From Candidatus Latescibacterota bacterium (GTDB taxonomy: Bacteria > Latescibacterota > UBA2968 > UBA8231): a DNA stretch of 64,000 nt. Positions 25,760-35,791 of the stretch are shown piece after piece. Below the pieces are notes generated by a model, which was not told the DNA's origin, searched no databases, and saw only the letters and a list, made by a program, of their open reading frames with translations. The stretch is taken from positions 4,800,001 through 4,864,000 of the forward strand of contig OZ242214.1 of NCBI GenBank assembly GCA_965206595.1, given 5' to 3'. A program made the position numbers and the translations under genes. Each line of letters opens with the position of its first letter. Positions within the stretch are counted from its first letter, which is position 1.

Positions 25760-28700
25760 GTGACTGACAAACCCCCGAACCGCCAACCCGGTAGCTCTGC
25801 CGAAGTACGCAAACGCCTGATTGAGGCCCTGAATCTCGATCTGGTTGGGCCCTGGGTCGGCCACTCCCTGGCCGACGAGCGCCTTCCAGGATGGCGGCGG
25901 CCATCGAACTGGTACCTGGCCGGTTTTTTGATCCCGTCTGGGTCCGCAGCTGATACGAGCGCCGACGCGGACGAAGATGACGACATGGACGGGGAAGTCC
26001 CGGAGTCCGCTGGCCTTGCCGAAGAGTCGACCGAGGAAAAGAAAGCTGCCAAGAAGGGTTATTTCCCTTCCTCCATGGGCTTGAGCTTCCTCGTCCCGGA
26101 AGACGCGGACTCGGTGGAGGTGGCCGTCTCCTGGGGCGACTACGCCCCGGAGGAAGTCGAAGATGACGGCGGCAAGGCCCTGTCCGTCTGGCAGCGGACC
26201 CCCCGCCTGGAGGTGCTCACCCTGAAGCTCACCGAATCCGACGATCCTGTTGTCTGCGATGTCCCTGAGTCCGGCGGTCTCCTGCTCCATGTTGTCGAGC
26301 GCAAGGTCGTCGCACAGGACCTCGAGAAACACATCCCTCCGGGAACGCGGTCGGTTTCGGTTTTCCTGGTCAACAACCGGACCCCTGTGGAGGCCGATGC
26401 AGACCGCGCCTATGTCTTTCAGCCTGAGCTCAAAGTGAGCGGTAGACGCCCGTTTGTCCCGCGGCCGGACCTGCGGGGAACGCGCGCCGATCGCTGGGAT
26501 GATCGAGTGGCCGACCTCCACTACGCGGACACCCCCTCGTACGCTACCGGCCACGGCGTATCGGCAGACTGGGAGATCATCGACGGCGAGTGCCGTCTCC
26601 TGCGGACCGCGTGGATCCCCCGTGCCGAGGTGGAAAAGACGGAGACCGCCGAAGTGCCGGGGGTCGAGTTGACGATGGAGGCACTTGGCTCGCTGCCCGA
26701 CGGGGCGGCAGCCGAGGACGCTCTACGGCCGCTCGTCGACCAGTACCGCACCTGGGGCGAAGCGAGGCAGGCGGAACTCGAGGATTTGGAGGGAACTCGC
26801 CGTGAGACAGCAGCGGAGCTGCTGCGGTTGGCCGACCTCGCGGCTGACCGGATCGAGCGCGGGATCGCGGTATTGGCGGCCGACGAAGACGCGCTCGATG
26901 CATTCCGGGTGGCTAACCGGGCGGTGGCGCGGGCGCTGCGCCAGCGTCTGGGCATCGAAGAGCCGGGCTGGCGGGCGTTTCAGCTCGCCTTCATCCTGCT
27001 GAATCTCCCCGGGCTGATTGACCCGGCCGACAAGGATCGCGAGACGGTGGACCTGCTGTTCTTCCCCACCGGCGGCGGCAAGACCGAAGCCTATCTCGGC
27101 CTTGCGGCGTTTGCCATGGTGCTGAGAAGACTGCGCCATCCGGATGCGCAGGGATGTGCGGCCGCCGGGGTGAGCGTGATCATGCGCTATACCCTGCGAC
27201 TTCTGACCCTCGATCAGCTCGCGCGCGCCTCGGGTCTGGTCTGTGCACTGGAGCTGGAACGTGCCGAGGCGGGAGGCCGCTACGGCGACTGGCCCTTCGA
27301 GATCGGGCTCTGGGTAGGCAAGGCGGCAACACCCAACCTTCTCGGAAAAAAAGGGGACGGCCGCTCGGATTCCGCGCGCACCAAGGTGAGGCAGTACAAA
27401 GCAGACCCAAGAGGAAAGCCGTCGCCGGTCCCGTTGGAGAGCTGCCCCTGGTGCGGAGATCCGTTCGGACCGGACTCGTTCGCGCTGCTGCCCAACGATG
27501 ACCAGCCGCGCGAGCTGCGGATCGTGTGCATGAACTTCGAGTGCGACTTCAGCGGTGACCGTGCATTGCCGATCCTGGCCGTCGACGAGCCGATCTACCG
27601 GCGGCTGCCCGCCTTTCTGATCGCCACGGTGGACAAGTTCGCATCGCTGCCCTGGATGGGACCCTCCGGCGCACTTCTGGGCGGAGCCGACCGATATGAC
27701 GGGAGCGGCTTCTACGGCGCCACCGACACGGGAAGAGGAACCCGGCTGCCTGCCCCGCTGCTGCCGCCCGACCTGGTGATCCAGGACGAGCTGCACCTGA
27801 TCTCCGGGCCATTGGGAACGATGGCCGGGCTGTACGAAGCGGCGATCGAAGCGCTGTGTGTGCGCGGGACCGGAGGGAATGCCGTCCGGCCCAAGATCGT
27901 CGCCTCCACGGCCACTGTAAGGCAGGCGCAGGACCAGATCCAGGCGCTCTTCGGCCGCTCGCTGACACAGGTTTTCCCCGCCCCCGGCCCGGATCGGCGC
28001 GACTCCTTCTTCGCGCGCACGGCGACCTCCAATGTGCCCGGCCGGGTATACGTTGGGATCGCGGCCCAGGGCCGGAACCCCAAGGTGATCATGCGCAGGG
28101 CCTGGCTGGCGCTGATGGGAACCGCCCAGAAGGCCTACGTGGAAGCGGGAGGGCGCCCCAACAAGGAGAACCCCGCCGACCCGTACATGACGGTGCTGGG
28201 CTACTTCAACAGCCTTAAGGAGCTGGGCGGCGCCCGGCGCATTCTCGAAGAGGAAATCCAGAACACCATCAAGGGCTACGGAATCCGCAAGCGAATCGGC
28301 GAGACGACCGGGCTGTTCCGGGACCGGAGGACCTTCTCCGAAGTGTTGGAGCTGACGTCGCGCGTCTCCACGGACAAGGTGGCCGAGGCCCGCCGCCGGC
28401 TGGAGTGCGGCTTCCACGAGAATGACCGCGTCGACTGCGCAATCGCCACCAACATGATCTCCGTGGGACTGGACATCCAACGGCTCGGCCTGATGGTCGT
28501 GCTGGGGCAGCCCCTGCGCCACGACGAGTACATCCAGGCCACGAGCCGCATCGGTCGCGACGACGAACGGCCGGGCCTGGTGGTGAGTCTGCTCAACATC
28601 CACAAGCCCCGGGACCGCTCTCACTACGAGCGGTTCCGTCACTACCACGAGACCTTCTACCGCTCCGTCGAGGTCGGCAGCGTCACGCCGTTTTCCGCGC

Positions 28701-29167
28701 GCGCCCTGGACCGGGGGTTCGCCGGGGCCCTGGTAACGCTCGCTCGACACGGGCGGCCAGAGCTGACACCGGCATTGGAGGTGAAGCGGATCGGCGAGGT
28801 GCGCGCGGAGTTGGAACGCTTGCTGCTCGATGCCTTCCTCGAACGGGTGCGGCAGCAGCCGATCACCGACGAGGAAGAGCGCGAGCAGTATTTGCGCAGC
28901 GTGCAGAACCGCGTCGTCGACCTGCTCGACTCCTGGACCAAGGTGATCGACGACTACCGGTCGGCCGGAGTCGAGGTCCAGTATCAGCGCTACGAAATCC
29001 CGGGGCTCCGGCATCCCCGGCCGCTGCTTCGCGAAATCCTGGACAAGGAATTCGAAACCGAGCATCACGCGAAGTTCCGGGCCAACCGTTCCATGAGAGA
29101 TGTCGAACCCAGCGTAAACCTGTTCCTGGAAGACCTTGGTGGATTCCGGAGAAAAGCGGACAGATGA
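25760..29167 (+). CDS. drmA: DISARM SF2 helicase DrmA
   Basis: FPTGGGKTEAY, RYTLRLLT, IQDELHLI, ASTAT, ATNMISVGLDI and QATSRIGR motifs. Confidence 0.95.
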   Translation: MTDKPPNRQPGSSAEVRKRLIEALNLDLVGPWVGHSLADERLPGWRRPSNWYLAGFLIPSGSAADTSADADEDDDMDGEVPESAGLAEESTEEKKAAKKGYFPSSMGLSFLVPEDADSVEVAVSWGDYAPEEVEDDGGKALSVWQRTPRLEVLTLKLTESDDPVVCDVPESGGLLLHVVERKVVAQDLEKHIPPGTRSVSVFLVNNRTPVEADADRAYVFQPELKVSGRRPFVPRPDLRGTRADRWDDRVADLHYADTPSYATGHGVSADWEIIDGECRLLRTAWIPRAEVEKTETAEVPGVELTMEALGSLPDGAAAEDALRPLVDQYRTWGEARQAELEDLEGTRRETAAELLRLADLAADRIERGIAVLAADEDALDAFRVANRAVARALRQRLGIEEPGWRAFQLAFILLNLPGLIDPADKDRETVDLLFFPTGGGKTEAYLGLAAFAMVLRRLRHPDAQGCAAAGVSVIMRYTLRLLTLDQLARASGLVCALELERAEAGGRYGDWPFEIGLWVGKAATPNLLGKKGDGRSDSARTKVRQYKADPRGKPSPVPLESCPWCGDPFGPDSFALLPNDDQPRELRIVCMNFECDFSGDRALPILAVDEPIYRRLPAFLIATVDKFASLPWMGPSGALLGGADRYDGSGFYGATDTGRGTRLPAPLLPPDLVIQDELHLISGPLGTMAGLYEAAIEALCVRGTGGNAVRPKIVASTATVRQAQDQIQALFGRSLTQVFPAPGPDRRDSFFARTATSNVPGRVYVGIAAQGRNPKVIMRRAWLALMGTAQKAYVEAGGRPNKENPADPYMTVLGYFNSLKELGGARRILEEEIQNTIKGYGIRKRIGETTGLFRDRRTFSEVLELTSRVSTDKVAEARRRLECGFHENDRVDCAIATNMISVGLDIQRLGLMVVLGQPLRHDEYIQATSRIGRDDERPGLVVSLLNIHKPRDRSHYERFRHYHETFYRSVEVGSVTPFSARALDRGFAGALVTLARHGRPELTPALEVKRIGEVRAELERLLLDAFLERVRQQPITDEEEREQYLRSVQNRVVDLLDSWTKVIDDYRSAGVEVQYQRYEIPGLRHPRPLLREILDKEFETEHHAKFRANRSMRDVEPSVNLFLEDLGGFRRKADR

Positions 29168-30954
29168 ACCGCGCGCACGGACAGATTCGCAGCAGCCAGG
29201 TGATCACGAGCTACGGGCCCGGGGCACTGATCGACCTGCCCCAGGACTCCGCGATTGTCGGCGGCCTGGAGACCTGGCCGAGGACCGGCGACCTCGAAGA
29301 GATCCAGGAGCCGAGACTGGCGCGGAAAGTCCGGAATATGACCGCTGTGACTGCGCCGAGGCTGTACGCGCCGCCACCGGAATCGACCGACCCGAGCCAG
29401 CCTGTCCGGGGAATCGGTGTCTGGCGCTTTCCCGAGTGGTTCGTGGTGCAGGAAGGGGGAGACGGCGACAAGCCCGAGCAATCGCGCCGGCTTGTGCACC
29501 GGAAGGGATTGGATCAGAGAAGGAGATTCGACGGCCGCGAGGTGGTTGCCACCCGCTTCGTCCGGGCATGTCCCAACGGGCATGTGGACGATCTGGACTG
29601 GTGGTATTTCGTGCATGGGGAGAACGCCGCCTGCAAGAGGCAGTTGTGGCTGGACGAGCGCAGCACCGGGGGGGACCTCGCTGACCTCGTCGTCCGGTGC
29701 GGATGCGGGAAGCGGAGGAGTTTGTCGGAGGCGACGCAGCTGGAGATGAATCCCCTCGGGACCTGCCTGGGGGCCAGGCCCTGGCTGGGCCGCAATGCCA
29801 ACGAGGCCTGCGGTCAGCCGAGCCGGCTGCTGATCCGGACGGCGTCCAACGCCTACTTCCCGCAGGTCGTCAGCGTGCTCTCCCTTCCGGACCGGGGTAG
29901 CGACGTCGGGCAGGCAGTGCGGGAACTGTGGGACGACCTGTCGATCGTCGAGGAGGCCGGCGATCTCGCGTTCGTGAAGAGGAAGCCGAAAAACGCCGAG
30001 GCCCTGGCAGCTTTCGACGACCAGGAAATCCTCCAGGCCATCGAGGAGATCAAGACCGGAAGCAGCGAAGAACGGCCCGTGAAACAGGTGGAGCTGGAGG
30101 CCATCCTCGCGGCCCCCGAGGGGTACGGCGACGACGTGCCGGTCGATCCCGACTTTCACGCCCGGCGTCTTCCCGAGCCGCTGTGGCGCACCTCGGAGTT
30201 CGCCGCCGGGATCGCCGCGGTGATCCAGTTGCACCGGCTGCGGGAAGTGCGGGCGCTGACCGCGTTCTCCCGTTTCGAGGCGGTGATGCCGGACATCAAC
30301 GGCGAGTACGACACCGACGTGGTGCTCGCCCAGCTGGCGGTGGAGCCGGAGTGGTTTCCCGCTACGGAAAACCGCGGCGAGGGCATCTTCCTGCAGCTTC
30401 GCCCGGAGGCGGTGCGGTCATGGCTCGCCAGAGATGCCGTCCGGCAACGGCTGGATCAGTTGGAAAGCGGACACCGGCGCTGGATGGAGGAGCGGCAGTC
30501 GGAGAGATCCTTTCCGGGAGGTCCGTACCTGCTTCTCCACACGCTGTCCCATCTGATGATCCAGTCGCTGGCCATGCGCTGCGGATATCCTGCAAGCTCG
30601 ATCCGCGAACGGGTCTACGTCGGCGGTGCGGGCGAGGACTACGGCCTGCTCCTCTACACCGCGAGCCCGGACGCGGAAGGGACCCTCGGCGGCCTGGTCC
30701 AGCAGGGCCGGCACATCGAGGACCACCTGTTCCAGGCGCTTCTCATGAGCGAGCTGTGCTCGAACGACCCGATCTGCGCACACCACCAGCCGGGAGAGAG
30801 CATCGAAGGGAGATTGCTTCACGGTGCGGCCTGCCATGGATGCGCCCTCGTGGCGGAGACCTCCTGCGAGATGCGGAACGACTACCTGGACCGCGCCCTC
30901 GTCGTGCCGGTAATGGGAGTGCCGGACGCGGCCTTCTTCGAGCCGCCCGGGTGA
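29164..30954 (+). CDS. drmB: DISARM DUF1998 protein DrmB
   Basis: IRSSQVITSYGPGA, HTLSHL, GTLGGL and CSNDPIC...ACHGC..C motifs; 4-nt overlap with drmA. Confidence 0.95.
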   Translation: MNRAHGQIRSSQVITSYGPGALIDLPQDSAIVGGLETWPRTGDLEEIQEPRLARKVRNMTAVTAPRLYAPPPESTDPSQPVRGIGVWRFPEWFVVQEGGDGDKPEQSRRLVHRKGLDQRRRFDGREVVATRFVRACPNGHVDDLDWWYFVHGENAACKRQLWLDERSTGGDLADLVVRCGCGKRRSLSEATQLEMNPLGTCLGARPWLGRNANEACGQPSRLLIRTASNAYFPQVVSVLSLPDRGSDVGQAVRELWDDLSIVEEAGDLAFVKRKPKNAEALAAFDDQEILQAIEEIKTGSSEERPVKQVELEAILAAPEGYGDDVPVDPDFHARRLPEPLWRTSEFAAGIAAVIQLHRLREVRALTAFSRFEAVMPDINGEYDTDVVLAQLAVEPEWFPATENRGEGIFLQLRPEAVRSWLARDAVRQRLDQLESGHRRWMEERQSERSFPGGPYLLLHTLSHLMIQSLAMRCGYPASSIRERVYVGGAGEDYGLLLYTASPDAEGTLGGLVQQGRHIEDHLFQALLMSELCSNDPICAHHQPGESIEGRLLHGAACHGCALVAETSCEMRNDYLDRALVVPVMGVPDAAFFEPPG

Positions 30955-31733
30955 CGGAGTCCCTGTTTCGGTTACCGGCCCACGTGCGCCGCGGCCTGGC
31001 GAGCGCACTCGAGTCGGGCATGCTGCCGCTTCCCTGCACACCTGCCGCAGTCAATTCGGTACTCAATCTGCGCGAGGGAGCGGAGGACGTGATCGCAGTA
31101 GTGGAGGAGTTGAGCGCCAATGGGATTGACGGGAAAGCGGCAGGTGCCTGGATCCGAACAGTCGAGGAAGCAGTAGCGCGCGTGCCTGCGCCCGACCTCG
31201 TCTGGTCGGGCCCGGAAGTGCCAGGATTGCACGCCAGGGACACCCGCCGGGTGTACGAGGAACTGCTGGGACAGGCGGCGAAATCGGTGTGGGCGTCGAC
31301 TTTCGCGTACTTCGACGGACAGCGGGCCTTCGAGGTGCTGGCGCGGCGGATGGACGAGGTTGGCAGCTTGCAGGTGAAGCTGCTGCTCAACATCCAGCGG
31401 GGCGTCAGGGATACCACTGAGCAGGAACATCTGGTGCGGCGGTTCGCCGACCGGTTCTGGTCCGAGGACTGGCCGGGAGAGCGCCGTCCGGAGGTGTTCT
31501 ACGATCCCAGGTCGCTCCAGCCGGACGGCCCGGCGGGGGTGCTGCATGCCAAGGCGGTGGTGGCCGATGAGGAGACGGTGTTCATCACCTCGGCGAACCT
31601 GACCGAGGCGGCGCTGGACCGGAACATCGAAATGGGGCTGGTGGTGCGGGACCGCGCCCTGGCGGCGAGTGTGACGAGGCATTTCCGGGGGCTGATCGAG
31701 CGGGGATTGTTGCGGGCGTTGCCGCGGGATTGA
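30951..31733 (+). CDS. drmC: DISARM phospholipase D-like nuclease DrmC
   Basis: The GTG start overlaps the drmB stop. LVWSGP, LHAKAVVAD (HxKx4D), TSANLT and NIEMG motifs. Confidence 0.93.
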   Translation: MTESLFRLPAHVRRGLASALESGMLPLPCTPAAVNSVLNLREGAEDVIAVVEELSANGIDGKAAGAWIRTVEEAVARVPAPDLVWSGPEVPGLHARDTRRVYEELLGQAAKSVWASTFAYFDGQRAFEVLARRMDEVGSLQVKLLLNIQRGVRDTTEQEHLVRRFADRFWSEDWPGERRPEVFYDPRSLQPDGPAGVLHAKAVVADEETVFITSANLTEAALDRNIEMGLVVRDRALAASVTRHFRGLIERGLLRALPRD

Positions 31734-31864
31734 TCCCGAGGGCCGCTGTTCGGACCGCATATTCAGCATTTCGCCGTTCACCTTCCTTGTAAAAAGCAAC
31801 CCAACTTGATACCCCGGGCGGGCTGCAATAACCTGTTGCCTCCCCAACCCACGGGAGAAATCGC

Positions 31865-32986
31865 ATGCACTGGAGAAGAGCCGGCGCCCTTCTGGCGGTT
31901 CTGTGCGCCGGCGTTCCGCACCCCACCCCGGGAGATTCAGACGTGAGCTCGGTTACACGGGATACCTTGGGAACGATGAGCGACGGCCGCGCCGTCGACC
32001 GCTTCACCCTGACCAACGGCAACGGCAGCATCCTCCGAACCATAGCCCTCGGGGCGACGGCGACGGAGCTGCACGTCAGGGACCGCGGCGGCGCCCTCGG
32101 CGACGTCCTGCTGGGATTCGACACGGCCGCCGAGTACGAGGCCAACCCCCCCTTCATGGGCTGCACCACCGGACGGGTCGCCAACCGCATCAGCGGGGCG
32201 CAGTTCGTGCTCGACGGGGTGACCTACCAGTTGGCCCGCAACTTCGGCGAGCACCACCTGCACGGCGGGGAGGTCGGCCTGCACCGGAGGCTCTGGAGCG
32301 GCGAGGCGGTCGACCACGCCGACGGCCCGGCGGTCCGCTTCACCTATCTCAGCCCCGACGGCGAGGAGGGGTACCCGGGCAACCTGTCGATGGCGGTGAC
32401 CTACGTGCTCACCGAAGCCGACGGCATGCGCATCGAGTACGAGGCGACGACGGACAAGGCGACCCCCGTCAACCTCACCAACCACAGCTATTTCAACCTG
32501 TCCGGCGCCGCCGCGGGCGACATCTTCGGCCACGAGCTGGTGATCCACGCCGCCAAGGCGACCGAGCGGGGCGAAGAAGGAGTTCCGACGGGTGCGATCG
32601 TCCCGGTCGCCGGCACGCCCCTCGACTTCACAAATCCGAAGCGGATCGGCGCCGACATCGCCGGCATCGAGGTCCATTACGACCACAACTACGTCCTCGA
32701 TCACGGCGGCGGCGAAGAGGCGGCCCTCTCCGCCGAGGCGTTCGACCCGGCCAGCGGGCGGGTGATGCAGCTGTTCACGACCGAGCCGGGGGTGCAGCTC
32801 TACACCAGCTACTACCTGGAACCGATCAGGGGCAAGGAGGGCGTGACCTACCAGCGCTTCCAGGGGCTCTGCCTCGAGACGCAGCACTTCCCGGACGCAG
32901 TCAACAAGCCCCAGTTTCCCAGCGTCATCCTGCGCCCCGGCGAGACCTACTGGCAGCGGACCGAGTACCGCTTTTCCACGAGGTGA
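31865..32986 (+). CDS. galM: Aldose 1-epimerase (galactose mutarotase) with signal-peptide-like N-terminus
   Basis: GRVANRI, HLHGG, EGYPGN, NLTNHSYFNL, YDHNY and CLETQHFPD motifs. Confidence 0.93.
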   Translation: MHWRRAGALLAVLCAGVPHPTPGDSDVSSVTRDTLGTMSDGRAVDRFTLTNGNGSILRTIALGATATELHVRDRGGALGDVLLGFDTAAEYEANPPFMGCTTGRVANRISGAQFVLDGVTYQLARNFGEHHLHGGEVGLHRRLWSGEAVDHADGPAVRFTYLSPDGEEGYPGNLSMAVTYVLTEADGMRIEYEATTDKATPVNLTNHSYFNLSGAAAGDIFGHELVIHAAKATERGEEGVPTGAIVPVAGTPLDFTNPKRIGADIAGIEVHYDHNYVLDHGGGEEAALSAEAFDPASGRVMQLFTTEPGVQLYTSYYLEPIRGKEGVTYQRFQGLCLETQHFPDAVNKPQFPSVILRPGETYWQRTEYRFSTR

Positions 32987-32993
32987 TACGTTG

Positions 32994-34136
32994 ATGAACG
33001 ACCTGCTGATAAAAGGAGGGACCCTCGTCGATCCCGCCGAGGGAATCCACGGCCGCAAGGACGTCGCCTTCGCCGGCGGCCGGGTGGTCGAGGTGGCGGA
33101 CGACCTGCCGGCGTCAGAGGCGCGCGAAGTCGTCGACGCCGGGGGCCTGATCCTTACCCCGGGCCTGATCGACCTGCACGTCCACGTCTTCCACGGGGTC
33201 AGCCACTACGGTATCGAGCCGGACTCGACCTGCCTGGCGCGCGGAGCCACCACCGTCGTCGACGCCGGCTCCGCCGGGGCCGACACCTTCCCCGGTTTCC
33301 GCAGGTTCGTCATCGACGTCAGCGACACCCGCATCCTCGCGCAGATCAACGTCTCGACCCAGGGAATGCTGACCCAGGAAATCGGCGAGTTCGAGATCCC
33401 CGAGTACGCCGACGTCGCCAGAACCTGCGCCATGATCGAGCGCCACCGCGACGTCATCCTCGGGGTCAAGGTGCGGCTGACCAAACACACCATCGTCAGC
33501 GAGCGCTCCGGCATGACGCCGCTGCAGCGGGCCCGCGAGGCGGCCGACGCCGCGGGCCTGCCGATCATGGTGCACCCGCAGGACGCCTGGTGCGACTCCC
33601 TCGACGACATCCTCGCGCTCATGGGGAAGGGGGACATCCTAACCCACTGCTTCCACGGCATGGCCTGCGGCATCCTCGAGGGCGGCAAGATCCGCGCCTC
33701 CGTCCGCGAGGCGCTCGACCGCGGGGTGGTCTTCGACGTCGGCCACGGGGCCGGCTCCTTCTCCTGGGGGGTGGTCGAGACCGCCCTCGAGCAGGGGGTG
33801 CAGCCGACCTCCATCTCCTCCGACCTGCATGTCTACAACGTCGACGGCCCGGTCTACGACCTGGCCAACGTCGTCAACAAGTTCCTCCACCTCGGGCTGC
33901 CTCTCGACGACTGCATCGCCAAGGTCACCTCGGTGCCTGCCGGGGTCGTCAGCATGGAGGGTGAGATCGGCACGCTGCGCGGCGGCGCCTGGGGGGACGC
34001 CGCGCTCTTCGAGCTGCGCGAAGGGGAGTTCCGGCTCGACGACGCCTACGGCCATTCACGCGCCGCAAGCAGCGTGCTGGAGCCGGTCACGGTGGTGAAG
34101 TCCGGTTCGATCTACCGCCAGCGGAGCCTGCGGTAG
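32994..34136 (+). CDS. Amidohydrolase/deacetylase family metallohydrolase (dihydroorotase-like)
   Basis: PGLIDLHVH, DAGSAG, THCFHG, FDVGHGAGSF and ISSDLH motifs. Confidence 0.9.
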   Translation: MNDLLIKGGTLVDPAEGIHGRKDVAFAGGRVVEVADDLPASEAREVVDAGGLILTPGLIDLHVHVFHGVSHYGIEPDSTCLARGATTVVDAGSAGADTFPGFRRFVIDVSDTRILAQINVSTQGMLTQEIGEFEIPEYADVARTCAMIERHRDVILGVKVRLTKHTIVSERSGMTPLQRAREAADAAGLPIMVHPQDAWCDSLDDILALMGKGDILTHCFHGMACGILEGGKIRASVREALDRGVVFDVGHGAGSFSWGVVETALEQGVQPTSISSDLHVYNVDGPVYDLANVVNKFLHLGLPLDDCIAKVTSVPAGVVSMEGEIGTLRGGAWGDAALFELREGEFRLDDAYGHSRAASSVLEPVTVVKSGSIYRQRSLR

Positions 34137-34196
34137 CGCCGCCCGGCGCAAGCAGGTAGCGCTGTCGGCGCAAGCAACGGTGCGCGGCGAGGGGCC

Positions 34197-34219
34197 CCGT
34201 CCCCGGGATGCGGGGACGG
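34197..34219. terminator. GC-rich hairpin between convergent genes
   Basis: CCGTCCCCG-GGATG-CGGGGACGG forms a perfect 9-bp stem; no clear U-tract. Confidence 0.45.
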
Positions 34220-34441
34220 CTTGAGAGGAATCAGCGCGGCCTTTGCGAGCCTCCGGAAGCGCGCCGGCGCGTCGAAATGGCCCCTTGTAGCTCAGTCTGT
34301 AGCTGCTCAGGCGTACCGTTGCGACCCAGCGGTCCCTGCAATTCTGTCGTATATACAATTTTGGCGTTTTGAAATTGATACAAAATGTCGCTTTGACATC
34401 TGGTCACCCAGCGTCCCCTGCCGGGCTTCGGCCGGCTGCGA

Positions 34442-35660
34442 TCAGAACGGCCGCCAGCTCGGTGACTTCTCGTCGCGATCGGTGGTGTTCGTCAGGTTGA
34501 CCGGCATGACGGGGTGATCCTCCACGTGGTCCCAGTCGAAGCCGACGGCGGGTACGACGAAGATGTCGTACGTGCCGTGCAGCACCCACTTCCCCGTGCG
34601 GTCGTTGAAGTCGACGTCGAGCTCTCCGTCTTCGCGGAAGTTCATCTTCCCCTGGTAGGCCAGGGCGCGGCCGTCCGGGGACCAGGTCGGATCCAGCTCG
34701 AACGTGTTCCTGGCCACGGTGATGCGCACCTGACCGCCGCTCTTGACGTCCGCAAGCATCAGCTCTTCGCCCTGGAAGCGCTCGGAGTTGAAGGCGAGGC
34801 GGCCGCCGTCCGGAGACCAGGATGAGTGCCAGTCGTAGTGCTGGTCCTCGGTCATGCGGCGGAGGTTGGAGCCGTCGACGTCGATAATGTAGATCTCGTC
34901 ATTGTCGTCGAAGTCTCCGGAAGTGAAGGCGATGCGGCTGCCGTCGGGAGACCAGGACGGCTCCTTTCCTTTCACCAGCCTGCGCTTGTTGCCGCCGTCT
35001 TCACTGTCCATCAGCCAGATCGCCAGGTCGCCCTCGCGCTGGCTGAGAAAGGCGATGGTGCCGCCGTCCGGAGACCAGGCCGGGTTTTCGTCCCGCTCCG
35101 GGTGTTCGGTCAGGCGCCGCTCACCGCTGCCGTCTGCCGCCATAACCCAGATGTCGATGTTGGTCATCACCTCGCCGCGGGAAAAAGCGATCTCGTTGCC
35201 GTCTGGCGACCAGGCAGGATGCTGCTCGAACTCGCGAGTGTGAGTCAGCTGAGTTGGTTCGCCGCCCCCTGCAGGGATGGTGAACAGGTCCCAGTCGCGA
35301 ACCGCTGTCGGCGTGGAGGCGTAGGCGATGGTGCCCTGCGGCTGGTAGGGGCCGTTGCTCCCTCCGGGAATGGCGATCGACAGCTCGTACGTCTTTTTCC
35401 CGAAAAACGGCTCCGATTCGACATTCAGCGTCCGGGTCACCACTACCTCGCTGGCTGCTACGTTGATCGCGTACTCCCCTTCCCGGACTCCCGCAAAGGA
35501 AAAGGACCCCGCGTCCACGAGCCGGTTGAACTTGTGCTCGAGCCCGGCGGCGTCCAGCCGGATCTTGTTGCCGTCGCCCCCTTCGATCCGGACAGTCACT
35601 TCGTTGACCCCGCACGCGGCCATCGACAGCGCCGCCCACATTCCGACGAAAAAACCTCAT
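34442..35660 (-). CDS. TolB-like PD40-repeat beta-propeller protein, probable lipoprotein (start region frameshifted)
   Basis: Five (P/S)xWSPDG repeats and a lipobox-like SMAAC. The ATG at 35660 with an RBS is out of frame by one base in a T6 run; the open frame is 34442-35641. Confidence 0.85.
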
Positions 35661-35791
35661 CAAGCTCTCTCCAGAGATTCGGTATTTGTACGCGTCATCC
35701 ACCCGGGACGACAGGTAGCCATGGGTGTCGTAATGTATGGGGGATCGGCAATGGCATGAAGAAAGACCATCAGCGAGGTTCCTGAATCCCG

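Noticed and set aside
29928-30950. 601-aa version of drmC
   Set aside because: The N-terminal extension is an off-frame read of drmB. The PLD protein starts at GTG 30951.
34280-34310. tRNA-like 5' sequence GCCCCTTGTAGCTCAGTCTGTAG
   Set aside because: No anticodon arm, no TTCGA T-loop and no matching acceptor stem or CCA downstream, so it is not a tRNA.
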